From Eledone cirrhosa (lineage: Eukaryota): a stretch of DNA of 64,000 bases. A model generated the notes under the pieces. The model saw nothing but the letters and a program-made list of their open reading frames with translations, searched no databases and had not been told where the DNA came from. The first letter of the stretch is position 1; every line of letters starts with the position of its first letter. Position numbers and translations under genes: made by a program. Location of the stretch: positions 32,550,001 through 32,614,000 of the forward strand of contig OZ024753.1 of the NCBI GenBank assembly GCA_964016885.1, given 5' to 3'. Of this stretch, positions 49,227-63,865 are shown piece by piece.

Positions 49227-49234
<8 letters not shown>
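48836..49234. mobile_element. Inverted-repeat hammerhead mini-element (family B relative)
   Basis: Arms 48932-49057 / 49105-49234; the left extension resembles 30405-30455; its end 48836-48879 is copied inverted at 48435-48480. Confidence 0.78.
49117..49178 (+). ncRNA. Type I hammerhead motif (core intact, stem I decayed)
   Basis: CTGATGA 49125-49131; stem II AAACGTACT/AGTACCTTT; GAAA 49160-49163; the mirror copy has an intact stem I but core CTGGTTA. Confidence 0.6.
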
Positions 49235-49283
<49 letters not shown>

Positions 49284-49801
49284 CACATACATATATATAT
49301 ATAAATACATACATACATGCATACATATATATATAATGAAACCAAACGCAGATTCATGTGCTTAGGAAAGAAACTTTTAAATCGCACGGACAAGACTCAA
49401 AGGAATTTGCATCGAAGATCATCAACAAAGCAGAGGTTGGAAGAAACCTTCAGAGGAAATATATTCAGTGTGAAAAATGTATATATTTGTTTGAACTTCT
49501 TTAACAATTATACTACCAATATACATTTACATAGTGTTTGTACATATAGGTGTTACTATAGACAGACATACATACATACATACAGATGCAAAGAACTCTC
49601 TCTGCTTTGCATTGAAACAGACCCATAAACAGCGATAAGTTCAACAAACAATATCAACAATGTTATATATATATATATACTAACGTTGTGATTGAACAAT
49701 TTCTTCCAATAGATTATACATATAAGCATTTATACACACACATTATATATATATATATACATACGTATACATCTACATATATACACATCTCTCTTTCTTT
49801 C

Positions 49802-49857
<56 letters not shown>

Positions 49858-49923
49858 TATAGATTGAGAGAGAGAGAGGCGGAGAGACAGACATATGTGT
49901 CTATATGCATCTAGATATATCTT

Positions 49924-49954
<31 letters not shown>

Positions 49955-52591
49955 CTATGTGTGTCTATGTGTGTGTATGCGTGTCTATGCGTGCGTTCTT
50001 TTATCTGTAATTATATTCCTATTTTATCAGTTCCTTCATATCTGGAATATCTCCACCATTTTCAAAAGTTCCCAATGAGTCGCAATTTACATTTGTACAG
50101 GTTAAAGGTGTTATCGATCATTGTATTTATACCAGCTTAGCTTTGATCGATCGTATCACGCCAACCCGGATATTGTATCTAGCCACACCACGATACACAT
50201 GACGAACTGTCATTAATGTTTTTTGCACATCCATAACTGTCAATTTTGTGAATTAGAATCATTTCTCTTCCGGAATAACATACATTCTGATAATAATATT
50301 TTTACAAAACGAAACGAAATATGTCTGTGATTTCCCAAGATATTTTTATATACACCTTATACTTACTGATTCACCCCTCCCCCACCCCACCCACCCCCAC
50401 ACACATACGTACGTGGTGGATATAAACTAGCGCTAACACGCTCTCATAAACATAGCGTTCAGGCAAGGATATAGATGTTTATATAAATATTAATGAGAGA
50501 ATTTCAAAATATTTCAAAACCAATTTGAAATCATTCCATATATACTATTAATAGGCAGACGATATGCAGACATAATTCTACATTTATTAAAATAGGTGCA
50601 ATAAAATTCCTACGATTCTTATTAAATACGCTCTCTCCAAGTAGTTACCACTATATGTATACATTACCTCAAATAGTCCTCATTGGTAGAAGACGAGGCA
50701 ACTATAAAGACATTATTTACTGTCAGTTCGGTACAATTGCAGAAAGTTAAGCGTGTATTATAAAAGATAAATACATTTTAAAAACATTACAAAATAATAT
50801 AATACCCAATATAAAATGTATTCTTGGTTTTTTACAAACGCTTGCATGAAAACAATCAAATATGAAATCTTATTTCAAATCAATGTATTAATGTTTACAG
50901 AAACCAGAATGAACCTTTGCATAGATAAACTAACCAGCAAACATGAGGTGGCTGTCACATTTAGGACAAATAGGACTAGGAATAATTTCTCTTATTAAAT
51001 ACTTGAAATTAAATTATTCCTTAATTTAATTTCATTCTGAGCTTAAAACAGTGGTTTGTTATTTCTAGCATTGTAACCTCATACATATTCATTTTCTGAA
51101 TACATTTCTCAAGTGTTGTCTAATTTTTCATTCATAATCAATGCAAAATGCGTGTATATGTGTATTAGTATTAATGAAAATTAATTACTTGAAAATTAAT
51201 GAAAAATACTTGTAACGTAAATCAACAGAAAATAAAAGTCAGAAGAAAATATTTGTGTAATAATTTCCTTATATGATTAACATTAGTTTATTCTCTTATA
51301 TTAGATGTTTTCTCATCTCTGTTTACTGAAAGAGGTGTATACACATATATACAAACGCACAGATATGTATAAAAGGCATTTTTAATATGTAAGATATAAC
51401 TTTCGAAGAGGAACTTTTAGAAAAGAGTAAAAGAGTTTATTTTTACAGAGAATAAAATTCAATTATGTACATTTATTTAAATCCATTATAACCAAGAGGC
51501 AGCATGATAGAAATAAAACAAAAACTGTTGTGGTTTTCACGTTTAAGAACCTATTTAAACACTAAGGGTAACCTACTGTGTTTTACCGTGCTATACATTA
51601 GGCTGGGTATATCGGGTTCTACAAGATAGGACCTTTTCTATGTGAATTTGTTATTAGTCGCTTGCTCATACCTTCTTTAAGAAATGGTCTCCTTCGAAAA
51701 TCATAAACAACACGAAGAAAAAAGAGAAAGAGAGGAAGAAATAGGCAGACAGAGAGGCATATGATTCGCCTTCTTAGATATTTTATCGATTTTTAAAGAA
51801 AGAATGGCAAAGTTGACTTCGGTGGGATTTAAATTCAGAAAGAGACATCAGTAGGAAATATGCTACAATGCAATACAGGAACATCATGTACGCTCTAAGT
51901 GATGTACAAGGAGAAAAACATTGCCTGGACCAGCAAATGTTTCCAAAGAAATATAATTTCAGAAATATCTAACACATTGACTCAAGATTATTTTTAACTG
52001 GGAAAAGGTTCGTTTCGAAAAGTGTTGGACAAATTTCAAATACATTCATACATTGATAGATAATGTAGCTTTATTTTCTATAGAAATGGACGTAAAGTCT
52101 GACCCAACACATACGTCGATGACTCATATCATAATCCTAGCAGATAAAATAGAAATAAAATAAATCCCCAATGACCCGAGTTTCCTGTTCTTTCATATTT
52201 CCCTAGACAATACATTATTACACTAAGTTCTGCTATACATTATAAATACAATTATTATGACCAAAAATTCAATGGCGTGTCAGGAGTGGAAGGGGAAGTT
52301 TCTAACGCTATATATTCCTAAATTAAAAGATGAAGTTACCTATAGAGTTAAATGATACACTTTCGTATAAGCAAGAATATGTGTCCACCTAGGAGAATCT
52401 TTTAAATGTGCTTACATAAGCATAGTTCGCCCGTTTGATGAATAACATACCAAAATATCTACGAAACCCGATTTACTTTAAATATTGTTTTAGTGGAAAC
52501 GTGGTTACCTTGTTAGAAAAGAACATACACACCTATCTATCTATTTTCCATCCATCCATATCTCTATCCTTAGCCATCTTTCTATCTCTCT

Positions 52592-52664
<73 letters not shown>

Positions 52665-53682
52665 AATTCGTTTATATTACATATATACATATGTATTATT
52701 AACTCTAAAGTAACAATGAAATAAAACAGACACCCATCTACAGAGTTATATTCCCTGCAATTATTTTGGACCCGTCTCTCGAAATCAGATCCTAAAGTGT
52801 TCTTATTAATTACATGATATCAATTTGGTCACACGTAACATACTGGGTCTCATATAATGTCCACATACACACACATTGTCATAATCCATTACACACTCAC
52901 ATATAATTTTGTGTATATATATATATATATATATTTCAAAACATTTACTTTCTAGTCAAAACCATTTTCGTAATTTAGCTGCAATCAATTTATCTTGAAG
53001 TAATGTAACGTTCACCTACTTAAACTTAATAGACACTATACCATAATTGCAGCCTCATTTCCACATTTCATATCACGCAATATTACAACTAATCAAATAT
53101 AAAAATAAACTTATATTATTACATAGTTAATCATCTATAAAATGATTTGCTATATTTTAAACCGTCTTCAATATGAGCAATTTAGGTAGATTTCATTTTC
53201 GAAATTATTTTTTTCGCTAGTTCTCTACATCCCTGAAATTCAAATATTATCGAAACGTGTATTTGAATATTACAAAACTATTTTAATTTTTTAAAGTTTG
53301 TTTTTTCTTTTATACTTTGGTCTTTCTCGTAAACGTTTTTCTTACAGCTGTCAATTCCATATCGCATCATGTTTAAGGATAGCTAATTTTACTGATAAAT
53401 GTAAATTGCAAATGCAGTATAACGAAAATTGTTTTCGTGATATTTGTGTTTAGTGTGAAATAGTAACGACATCTTGTTAAGAATATTAATGAAGTTAACG
53501 GAAAGAAATTACTGGAAGTTCTGTGATAATCAAATTGCAAAATAATCGAAAATACGCAAAGAAAGGTAATTTACACTCATACACACACTAATAGACATTA
53601 AACATTACAGACATATTTACATTGAAGTAGTCACACATATATACATATTACGTTAACATATAGAATCATAGTACATCCAACT

Positions 53683-53713
<31 letters not shown>

Positions 53714-55352
53714 GTACGTATATATCTAACTGTTGAACACTAAACGGAGAGACAAGTCCATTATACGTGTACACATCAGTGAAAATATAGTGAATATAGG
53801 CGAATTACTTCTGAATAGGTATCGGAGTGTACATGCAATACAAGTGTCGCTAGCGTTTATACAGAAGTATTGCGCGGGAGTACAGTAAGTTGACCAGTTT
53901 CTGCACAGGAGATGTTTATGTACAGCTTAAACATATGTTATTAGTGAATTAATGTGTAACATATAGTTTTGCATTCAGGCTATAGATTTCCCTTTATTCC
54001 TATTATGATAGGTACAATTTGCTATGTAACAAGAAATATGGGCTATCCTGATGATTTCCCCGGATGAAAGAGTTCTCGTTATGTAGAAACCATTTATATA
54101 TTAAATTTGGTGTATACACTCTACTAAACTAATGTATAGAGTACCATACTTACTGTGGTTACCCCAATTGAACCCGGGACTCATATAGATGCATAGAAAA
54201 ACCACAGACCCTCCAACTCAATTCTACTTTTGAAAAGCATAAGAACTGTGAAACCGGTAAAGGTTTGCAGTTGCATTTTCGATTGCTTTTTCTATATGTG
54301 TGTGTATATGTATATATATATATGTTCATATGATACACCTTTAAAAAAAAGACACGTTTATTAGATGTTAGGTTGATTTATATCTTTATTTCTATATAAA
54401 TATATTTATGAGAGGACAGAATCGAATTCTTCACTATTCGGTCTACATAGTATATGTCTTTAGTCAGCAACACCTGAAAGCACACAGCAACAAACACGTA
54501 TGTAGTGCATGTGTGTAGTTATTGTTTTGTGAAAACGTATAGTACGTATTTGATGCCATTCGTATATATATATATGTATATATATACGCTTATATCCAAT
54601 ATATGTAAATTTAAAGAAATCTAACATTTCACTTCAGATTATTATCATAACTAATATGATATTCACGAATTGTTTTATTTTTGTAGAAATACTTATAGTT
54701 TTCTTATGTTACTGCAGCATATTACGCTTGTATTAAGCACCATTGTACAAGAATATTATAAGTAGAAATATATTCAATATATATATGCCTATATATTAAT
54801 GCTTACTTTACCATACATTTTCTGCTTGTTTTCAACTCCACGAAGATATGGATTCAAATATCAATGTATTTATCTAGTTGTGGATTACAGTTTATACGTC
54901 TCTGGATATTTATTTGACAAACGTTGCATATATTGATTTTCATTTTCTTCGTTTTTATAATTTCTGTAGTTTTACTTTAACTTAATTCGTTTTGGAGAAG
55001 AGAATATATGTTCTTCCTCTCTCTGTATGTGTGTGTGAAACTCGATTCGATTCAAGACGCATGCAATGCCACTTTTTTATATAAAGTTATTTTTATGAAT
55101 GTATTTACACACATATACACAGACTCACACACGCCCACACACATGCATATATAATATTCATTTACATTTCACTAATACATATAGCGGTAATATAGAAATC
55201 GTCTGATGGTGACCTATATTAGAAAGATATCAGCTAATATTAGCATGAGGATATTAGAGGACATTACAAGGAGCCATGTAACGACATATGCTGGCCTTCT
55301 ACAATATTAAATAGGAATAAGAAAATTTGAGCCTCGTTTGTTCTACCGCCAT

Positions 55353-55437
<85 letters not shown>

Positions 55438-55635
55438 ACATTTTGTGGTTTTTTCCTAAATATCGTCCACAGTGTGCTTGAAATCATTAAGATGCTATTA
55501 TCTTTAAAAATCCTTTCTCTATACATTCATTTCACAATTATCTGTGTGTATATATTTTTATGCGGAAAATATATTCAAACCCTATTTTATTACACAGCTT
55601 TTGACTGTCTAATTTTCATATAGACACACAGAAAG

Positions 55636-55677
<42 letters not shown>

Positions 55678-55744
55678 ATAGAATATTTTAGTGTCGTGAG
55701 AGAGTAGAGGTTTAAAGGGATAAGCGATACATATAGTTAGTTGC

Positions 55745-56147
55745 CAAAAGTTAGTCGCCAACTACATCACAACATTGAAAGACTCCAGCATCAGCTTCTC
55801 CACATACTGGGAAATTGTCAGCAGGGCAACACCGTACAACTTCAAGAGGAAGTGCCAGCTCTGCTTCGTGGAACTTTACCATATCATAAGAGCACGCCAA
55901 GAGTTCATCAACAGCAGAGCAGAATCGGTGATAAACTGCAGACACAGAGTACAGTAGTCATTCTATCGTTGGACCCCAGTTGAGACCGGAACACCATTAA
56001 CTGGGCCCCCCTGCACCTTACCATAACGCGCCGGCGGGCAGTTTGCATAACTAAACATATGTACACCAACTATGCCTCTTAGATTCGGCCCGAGTAGGCA
56101 GCAGTAAAGTGGCACCCATAAAATAGTAGTGAAAACAATCATCATGT
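55745..56147 (+). mobile_element. Second PLE 3' fragment (GIY-YIG C-terminus plus 3' UTR)
   Basis: VANYITTLKDSSISFSTYWEIVSRATPYNFKRKCQLCFVELYHII...INSRAE...CRH aligns with LSELIWSLKDKNIKYTIFWKKISSASSY...CNLCLNEKFTII...INRRTD...CLH of the 37-38 kb ORF; lies between (TA)n tracts. Confidence 0.8.
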
Positions 56148-56177
56148 GATATATATATATATATACATATACATGCA

Positions 56178-56275
<98 letters not shown>

Positions 56276-56780
56276 AGTGTGTGTGTGTGTGTATGTATGT
56301 ATGTATATATATATATGTATATAATATTGGAATATGTTATAAATTATTTGACGTTAAAGTGTCGTTTTAATCTATTTTCTCCCAATATAACCAATATGGA
56401 AAAACATAAAGTGCTGACAGAAGGTATATTTGATAGCATCGAAAAACGAATAACCAGAGAATTCAGTTTTGGGTGGGCTGAAATAACAGCCAACGTCGAA
56501 ATCAATAAGCACGTAAAATACGTAAATCAACCAAAACATATTATAATATATAAAATATATTTATCAAGAAGTTCTTTAAAATATATTCATATTTCTGTCT
56601 TTTTTTCTATTTTCCTACTTATTCTTTGAAGTACTGTTATTAATATTGAAATATATATTTCATTTCTTTTGTTATGGAATAAATACATATTAGGAATGAA
56701 GCATTAATCAACTCAGAAACAACAACAGACTAGGCTATGTCTAACTAGTTATATCAAATTTAAAAATAAAACACACACAA

Positions 56781-56799
<19 letters not shown>

Positions 56800-56813
<14 letters not shown>

Positions 56814-56885
56814 AAACATATAACAAATATTATATATATATATAAAAGATAACAAATATTATATATATATATAAAACATATAACA

Positions 56886-56920
<35 letters not shown>

Positions 56921-56997
56921 ATATAACATATAACAAATATTATATATATATATATAAAACATATAACATATTATATATATATATATAAAAGATAACA

Positions 56998-57036
<39 letters not shown>

Positions 57037-57121
57037 ATAACAAATATTATATATGTATATATATATATATAAGATATAACAAATATTATATATATATATA
57101 TATATAACATATAACAAATAT
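56800..57121. repeat. TA-derived minisatellite AA(C/G)ATA(TA)ACAAATAT(TA)n, about 10 copies
   Basis: Direct reading. Confidence 0.9.
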
Positions 57122-57517
57122 TTCTTAATATCACATTTCGGAATCACACTATCCAATGGGTACAATATTGAGGGTTGATTACTTTACTATTCCCCACAGG
57201 TTAATCCACCCTTCTTGCACTCTCATCTATCTTCCCGTTTAAAATGTTTCCAAATATTAAAGTTAAGATCACGCTAACTTCACTTTATAATCGAGACGAT
57301 ATACAGCTATGTTGCACAGTATAAGACGCTGAAATCGATAATGGAGAGTTATAATCGAATGTAAAACTGCAACAGCAATGATATTATCCTAAATGAAGTG
57401 AGATGGGGTAGGAACCGCAGTTATTTTTTTATCACGACGCCCCTTTACACAACAAATTTCTTTTCTAACCAAACTAACCGTCATCAGTGTTCACGCGCAT
57501 TTCACTAACTATTCATA

Positions 57518-57548
<31 letters not shown>

Positions 57549-59137
57549 AGTTGGCTTCTAATTTCTTTCCATAGACCTTTTAACTCTTCTTCTGGCGGCG
57601 CTTGTATTTTTGAATATTACGAGCCGATCAGTTATGTTTCATACCCCCTGGAAGGCCTTGAACATTGCTTTCACTAATTCAAATCTTTAGGGGGCCAGAT
57701 AAGCACGAGGAATAGGTAAGTAATTTTAATGGTGATTCTATAGAACTTAAAATAGATCATTTCAACGCAAGGACAAATGCCTGTTAAATGTATTTCTTGC
57801 TGTTCTATTTGCACGTTGCATTTCACTTATTTTCAAGTAGATTCCAACTGATTTACTTGAATTCAATAAACACCAGTTTAAAGTGTGTACAACGTGCATT
57901 CGTTTCGAATTATTGAAAGAGAATTACAATCCTCTTAATGGAATAGAATCGTGACTTGAGTTATGCCAGGAGCTATTCCATTTTTGATCAATCTTGCCTC
58001 AAATTACATACTAAGAGTAGCATTTACACAAAGCGACTCGAAAATTGGTAGGCCGTTTACTTTTATGAGCTGTAATATCACTCAAGAGACAAAAGGGTAT
58101 GATATAAAATTGCTCAGACAATTTAAGCCAAAAGTATATACTAAACAAATAGAGGTTCCAAACTCTTCACCAAGAGTTACATATATATTTTGTATCTTTT
58201 TTTCTATATTTAGTTTTTTTACTTAGGCCAGCATGAACATCAAAACCAAACAAGGTAACTATTATAGATTACAATTCCCCCTGTTGGTAGTTTATCTAAT
58301 GAAAGAAGCTTTTAAGATTGAAATAATAAGATAAAGACATTAAAATACTAGTTCCTCTTGAAAATACTAAAAGTGTGTGAACACTCAGCGGGAAAGGGAG
58401 TATGAATATGTTTACACACGAATTATTCATACGGATATTGACAATTTAATGAGGATAAAGTGGCTTTACGAACGAACGGCCAGAAATAGTAGCTCATTCT
58501 CCATCAGATCACATCTCATCATAGACTATCTCAAAATGTAATCTTAAATGTAATCCTGAAAACGTGTGGTGATGTCGGTGATTCATTGTTTATTATTAAC
58601 ATTATGCCATACACGTGCAAAGCTCACGTAACATCCGTATATATCAGAGTGGGAGAGAGTAAGAGAAATACATAGAGAAACGTTGAAGACCCATCGTTTC
58701 TATCCCCATTGCAGCACAAATATTCGGATATTCTACTATTTACAATTACGTATACAAGTAATTTATTTTGCTTTTATAATTTAAATCTTTAGTAAAATAT
58801 TTTGTTATAGATTTATCGCGACTAGATCTAATACACTTTCTCTTAAGCTAGCCAAAAAAATAAAAATTTTTTATTCAATAAACATACAGCTGAATTGCAC
58901 TGGAATTGAATATAGTATATATTTCGATTCTGGGCGTTATTTTTTTAAAATTCCTAAATATAAAACATATTAAAGGATTGTGTTAACCCAAGTAGTTGTT
59001 TTCGAGGAGATCAGAAAGTTTTAAAATACTCTATTTTTGAATATATATAATCCCCGTGTGTGTATGTGTGTGTGTGTGTGTTTGTGTGTATATATATATA
59101 TATATATATTATATTATATATTATATTATATTATATT

Positions 59138-59295
59138 ATGGCAGTATTGGTAGAGGGTGGGATGCCATGCTTTGCGGCAAAGAGTTCAAATCCCGCCGAG
59201 GTTAACTTTGCCTTTCGTCCTTATGGCGTCGATAAAATAAAGTACCAGTAATGTACTGCGTAATTGATGGCCTTATGCCGAAAGTAGAAACAATT
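59138..59295 (+). mobile_element. tRNA-derived SINE
   Basis: TGGCAGTATTGG...GAGTTCAAATCCCGCCGAGGTTAACTTTGCCTTTC...AAAGTAGAAACAAT; flanked by (TATTA)n on both sides. Confidence 0.88.
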
Positions 59296-59337
59296 ATATT
59301 ATATTATATTATATGTAACTCCTGATGGAGGTAAGAT

Positions 59338-59435
59338 AAAGTGTCTTGCTCAAGGATACACCGCATCACCCGCTCCGCTAATAGAACCTACAACTTCACA
59401 ATTACAAGGCCAACGTTCTAACGACTAAACACGGC
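59338..59435 (-). mobile_element. Second SINE family, 5' fragment
   Basis: AAGTGTCTTGCTCAAGGATACAC...GAACCTACAAC...TCTAACGACTAAAC. Confidence 0.55.
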
Positions 59436-60214
59436 ACCGTTACACACACACATATATATATATGTGTACATGTGTGTCTGTGTGTGTGTGTGTGTGTTCT
59501 TTCCTCACGTTTTTAATTTGATATATATATATATATATATATAGTTTTTCAAGGTCACGGATATATAGATCTATATCCGTGACCTTCGCATGTATTCCGG
59601 CGGGGATTAAACTTTTACAATTGATGTTCAACTTATACAGCTATCTTAGCTGTATGTCACCGATTCTAAAAATAATATCGTGGGTGGTGGGTATTCTCTG
59701 AAGGAAGAAGTGGTAATGTTAAAATGATGATATTTAATACACACAGACATTTCTACTTGTTGTTCTCTAGAACCTAAGGTCAACGTTGATTGAACAGACC
59801 AATGATGAATGATATTCCAGCCATAACAGTTCACATATCTTTGGAAAATGTCTCTGTGTGTGGGCGGAGCACCTCCGTCATCTTCGACGATGATCATTTA
59901 ATTTATTCGATCAACGGAACAGTTTGCTCATGAAATAAACGTGCACTTTTAAACTAATAATCAAGAAGGTTCAGTGAGGTAGCATATGGGAAAATGATGG
60001 CCCTTTGAATTATAGGTACAGTTAAACCTATGGCCTTTCAAACACTTTTCGTCTTCCCAATTTTACTCACAAGGCTTTACCTGACACATGACTATCGTGA
60101 AAACACTTGCTCATGATGCAACACAGTAGGATCGAATCTTGAACGGAATCGTTACGAAACAAAGTTATTAACAAAACCATGGTACGCCCACATCAACAAA
60201 AGTCTTACTATGAT

Positions 60215-60245
<31 letters not shown>

Positions 60246-60959
60246 ATGTGTGTACACATACATTATTTTCCCGAGTCTATTATCGGCTTTAATTGATAAC
60301 AAACACTTCCATCTTCGCTCAATATCACTTGCAATAATATTCCATAATTAATTATTAGTTTACATTTCATAGATATTAGTTGATGCACTTCTAATACTTC
60401 CATTTAGTGTGTCTAAGAAAAGATGGAAATATTGAATAGAAAATCGTTTATACGGCATTCATAATTGCTGTTTTTGACGCGGGCTAGATAATTAAATACT
60501 ATTCATTTAATGTAATACTTTGCTTCAAACTTCAAATGATTCTTCAGTAATCTATATTATAATCATTGTACTGCATTTTATGTCCGACTGTCACAAACGC
60601 TGAAATCAGACAAAATTGTTCTAAACAAAAATATGAAGCAAAAGAACACAAACATACATCTCTTACTCTTTCTCTCTCGTTCTCTCCCTATGTATGTGTG
60701 TGTGTGTATATATATATATATATACGATAAAATACTAATCGAGAACCCGTTTTGTTTAGATATATTTGTTTAAAATATTTGTTTAGATATATTTGTTTAG
60801 ATATATTTGAGAAGGATTCTGTTAAGTAATGTTAGCCATATTTGGCAAAATCTAGTACATACCTAAAACTTCTGAAGCAATATCATAGTGCATCATTACC
60901 ACTGAAAATAAGGGAGGGAGCTTATATGAGGTGGCTGAACTTGCTGGATAGAGATGTAG

Positions 60960-61050
60960 CGGAAGAATCGACCCAGTACTGAACTGGTATTTCTTTTATC
61001 ATATTCGAAACGACGAAAGGCAAAGATGACCTGTGCAGGATTTGAATACT
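60960..61050 (-). mobile_element. Degenerate SINE fragment
   Basis: ATCGACCCAGTACT...TTTTATC...GAAAGGCAAAGATGACCTGTGCAGGATTTGAA. Confidence 0.6.
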
Positions 61051-63659
61051 GCAAAGCATTCACCGCATAATTGTTTAAAACAAAGTTCCCTATGTTATTT
61101 GTTCGGCATGATTTCAATTAAATACAAATATGTGAACACCTCATTCCTTCTGCTCTACGCCTGCACAGAGACGTAGTCGAACCGTCTTAACATTCAGCTG
61201 TTTAAACCGGCTCAGACTATAGTCGATTTCTGAGAGAGAGAGAAAATAAACTTATGTTAAAACTTTCCTTGAATATGAACATTATGTCAGATTAGATATA
61301 CCGGTAGCTTTTCAGTATTATATTGTCCGGAATATAATCAAAATAATTGTATTTATGGGTAATAATAAACGTCAGAGTTATTTAGCTACAGATGCCAAAA
61401 ATAATTGCAGCTCCACTAAAACTTTGTTATTTCAAAATTTTGTAGAATCATCATTATAAGTATATGTTTAATGATGTAGTAAGGAGACATTATTAGCCTC
61501 CTTTTGACTTCTTTATTATGCGTAGCCTTATGTAGTTGTGTTATGTAGTATTTTCTAGGTTGTATTCAATTTGAATTTACTGTGCAATGTTCTATGACAA
61601 TGACAGGTTTATTGGACAAGGTCACAAAGTTGACTTCTAATAAAACTTTTTACGTTGAGACTTAAGACTGAATTATCAGTGACATATTCGTCATCCTCAC
61701 CAAAGCTAACATCATAATCAGCATCACAACCAACATGATTCTCATCCCCACCACCAAAACTACCATTCTTATTGTCACTATCATCATTATCATTACTGTC
61801 GATCAGATATTGCAAACATAAGCCAGTATCATCAGTATCACAGTGTTATACATCTATGTTCATCTATATTAGACACTGTGACTGTCTCAGCTGCTCAGGT
61901 ATTTGATGCTGTCAAATATATTCCAGCCAGTGTATGTCTTTCAGCTCTAAAATTACGTCATCCAATGTAATTTTAGATATGAATATCTCAAGAAGGGTGG
62001 GTGTATTTTAAGGAACAATATGGCTATTATTTCTTGTCCTCTTGTTGACTCCTTCTTTCGTGTACTTATTGAATATGTATGTGTAGAGAGGGTTGTGTAT
62101 CTTTGGTCCCGTAGTATATATTTTAATGTGTCAAAGCTTGTTCATATTTTAAGGGATAATAGATAAAACTACAAGTTTCAGATTGCCAGAGAGCTGGAAG
62201 AGAAAGCTTGCGGAATATGTTCCAATTGTTTGCATTCTGAATTCAAATTATAAATATCAAGAATAATCACCCGAAAGGAATGCACACCCGTCCAAACTTT
62301 ACCAGATCAAATGATCGCTCATTTCTGACATGAGAAGTTCTTTACTTGGGGCCTCATTTTAAATAAGTCGTAGTTCATAGCTTGCTACGTAAAGTAAGTA
62401 ATCACTTACGTCGGCGTTACAAGAATGCATGTGCGATTCGAGGGAGATTCAGCCTCTATTTCTAGCAGACCAAGACACTGAATATATGTTGTTGTCTTAT
62501 TCACTCGAAAGAGTGTATTATAATCCTAATGCCCTTCTTGGTTAAGAGACAGATGGGATCATTTTGATCTAAACTACCTTCTGGAATTTTTTGTTTAATT
62601 TTTTAAAAAACTTTTACACAAGTTCGATATTTAATTACAAAATATGTCCGTCTATAAATCAATAAATCAGTGAAAATTTCCAGATTATCGATATCGATAC
62701 CATTCCTTTAAAGCGGAAATAAATAAGCTGACACATCTCTATTGAAAGTTGTATATTGAATTATACTGAGTAGCTTTACATTGCTGTGAATTACACAGTT
62801 ATCTGGCAACTGATAATTAACTTGGAAATTGATGTTGAGTGTAAATATTACACACATACACAGACATGCATACATACATATATATATATATACATGCATA
62901 CATAAGACATACATACATACATACACACATTCAAGCATACACATACATTCATACATACACATACATACAAACAAAGTACTTAACGTACATAATTCATAAA
63001 CGTTTTATATACATATATGTGTGTTTGTGTGCACGTGCACATCTACCTATCTATCTATATATATATATCTTGCTTGTACGTATATGTATAGACATTAGAA
63101 TCATAATATATATTTTGGCAGAAGTATATTAATAAGAAATATGAATTATTGTATCCTGACCTTTGTTGAGAGATGGAACAATAAATATTCATAATGCTCT
63201 GTAAGATAGAGGGGAAACAAACCCATTGTTGATTAAATTTATGCGAAAATTGAATTTCTGAAATTGTTAGGCCTTACGTATGAACTCAAATATCGATTTT
63301 CCCATATATAGGTAAAGGAATTTCGGTAAAATATTTATGATTTAATTTAAGAATTATTTCCATATTGTCATATACTAGCATTCGAGCTGTCATTCCTTCT
63401 GGATGCTTTAAAATATGAATAACACCAACTAATACAAATGATTTCTTGGGAATCTCTTTACAGTTTGAAAGTTCTATTTGGGTAGGGGTGTATTTGATTA
63501 ATTACTAATTTGATATTTTTTATGATATCGGTTGTCAATACAATATGCTTCGTGTGAATTACGAGATCATATGTATGCCCGATCTATCAGTTATTTGCAA
63601 GTCCTTTTAGAAAATTCACAGAAAAATGTGTTGTATTATAACCTGAGTCAGTCAATGGT

Positions 63660-63865
63660 GTAGAGAGAGTCAGGCGGAGAGAAAGAGAGAGACAGAAACA
63701 AGCAGAGATAAAGAGAGAGACAGACAACCAGCAGAGAGAGACAGATACAGGCTGAGAGAAAGAGAGAGACATACAGATAGAGAAAGAGAGAAACAGAGAG
63801 AAAGACGTAGAGAGACATGCAGGCTGATAGATTATACGGACAGGCATCAAAAGAGAGAGAAGACT
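63660..63865. repeat. Degenerate (GA/GACA)n purine-rich tract
   Basis: Direct reading. Confidence 0.8.

Noticed and set aside
57450-57492. Minus-strand CTGATGA...GAAA with a 4-bp stem I
   Set aside because: Stems II and III do not pair convincingly; plausible by chance
57545-58000. Possible decayed mariner transposase on the minus strand (DQKW, YLAP-like pieces)
   Set aside because: Matches too short and degenerate to support
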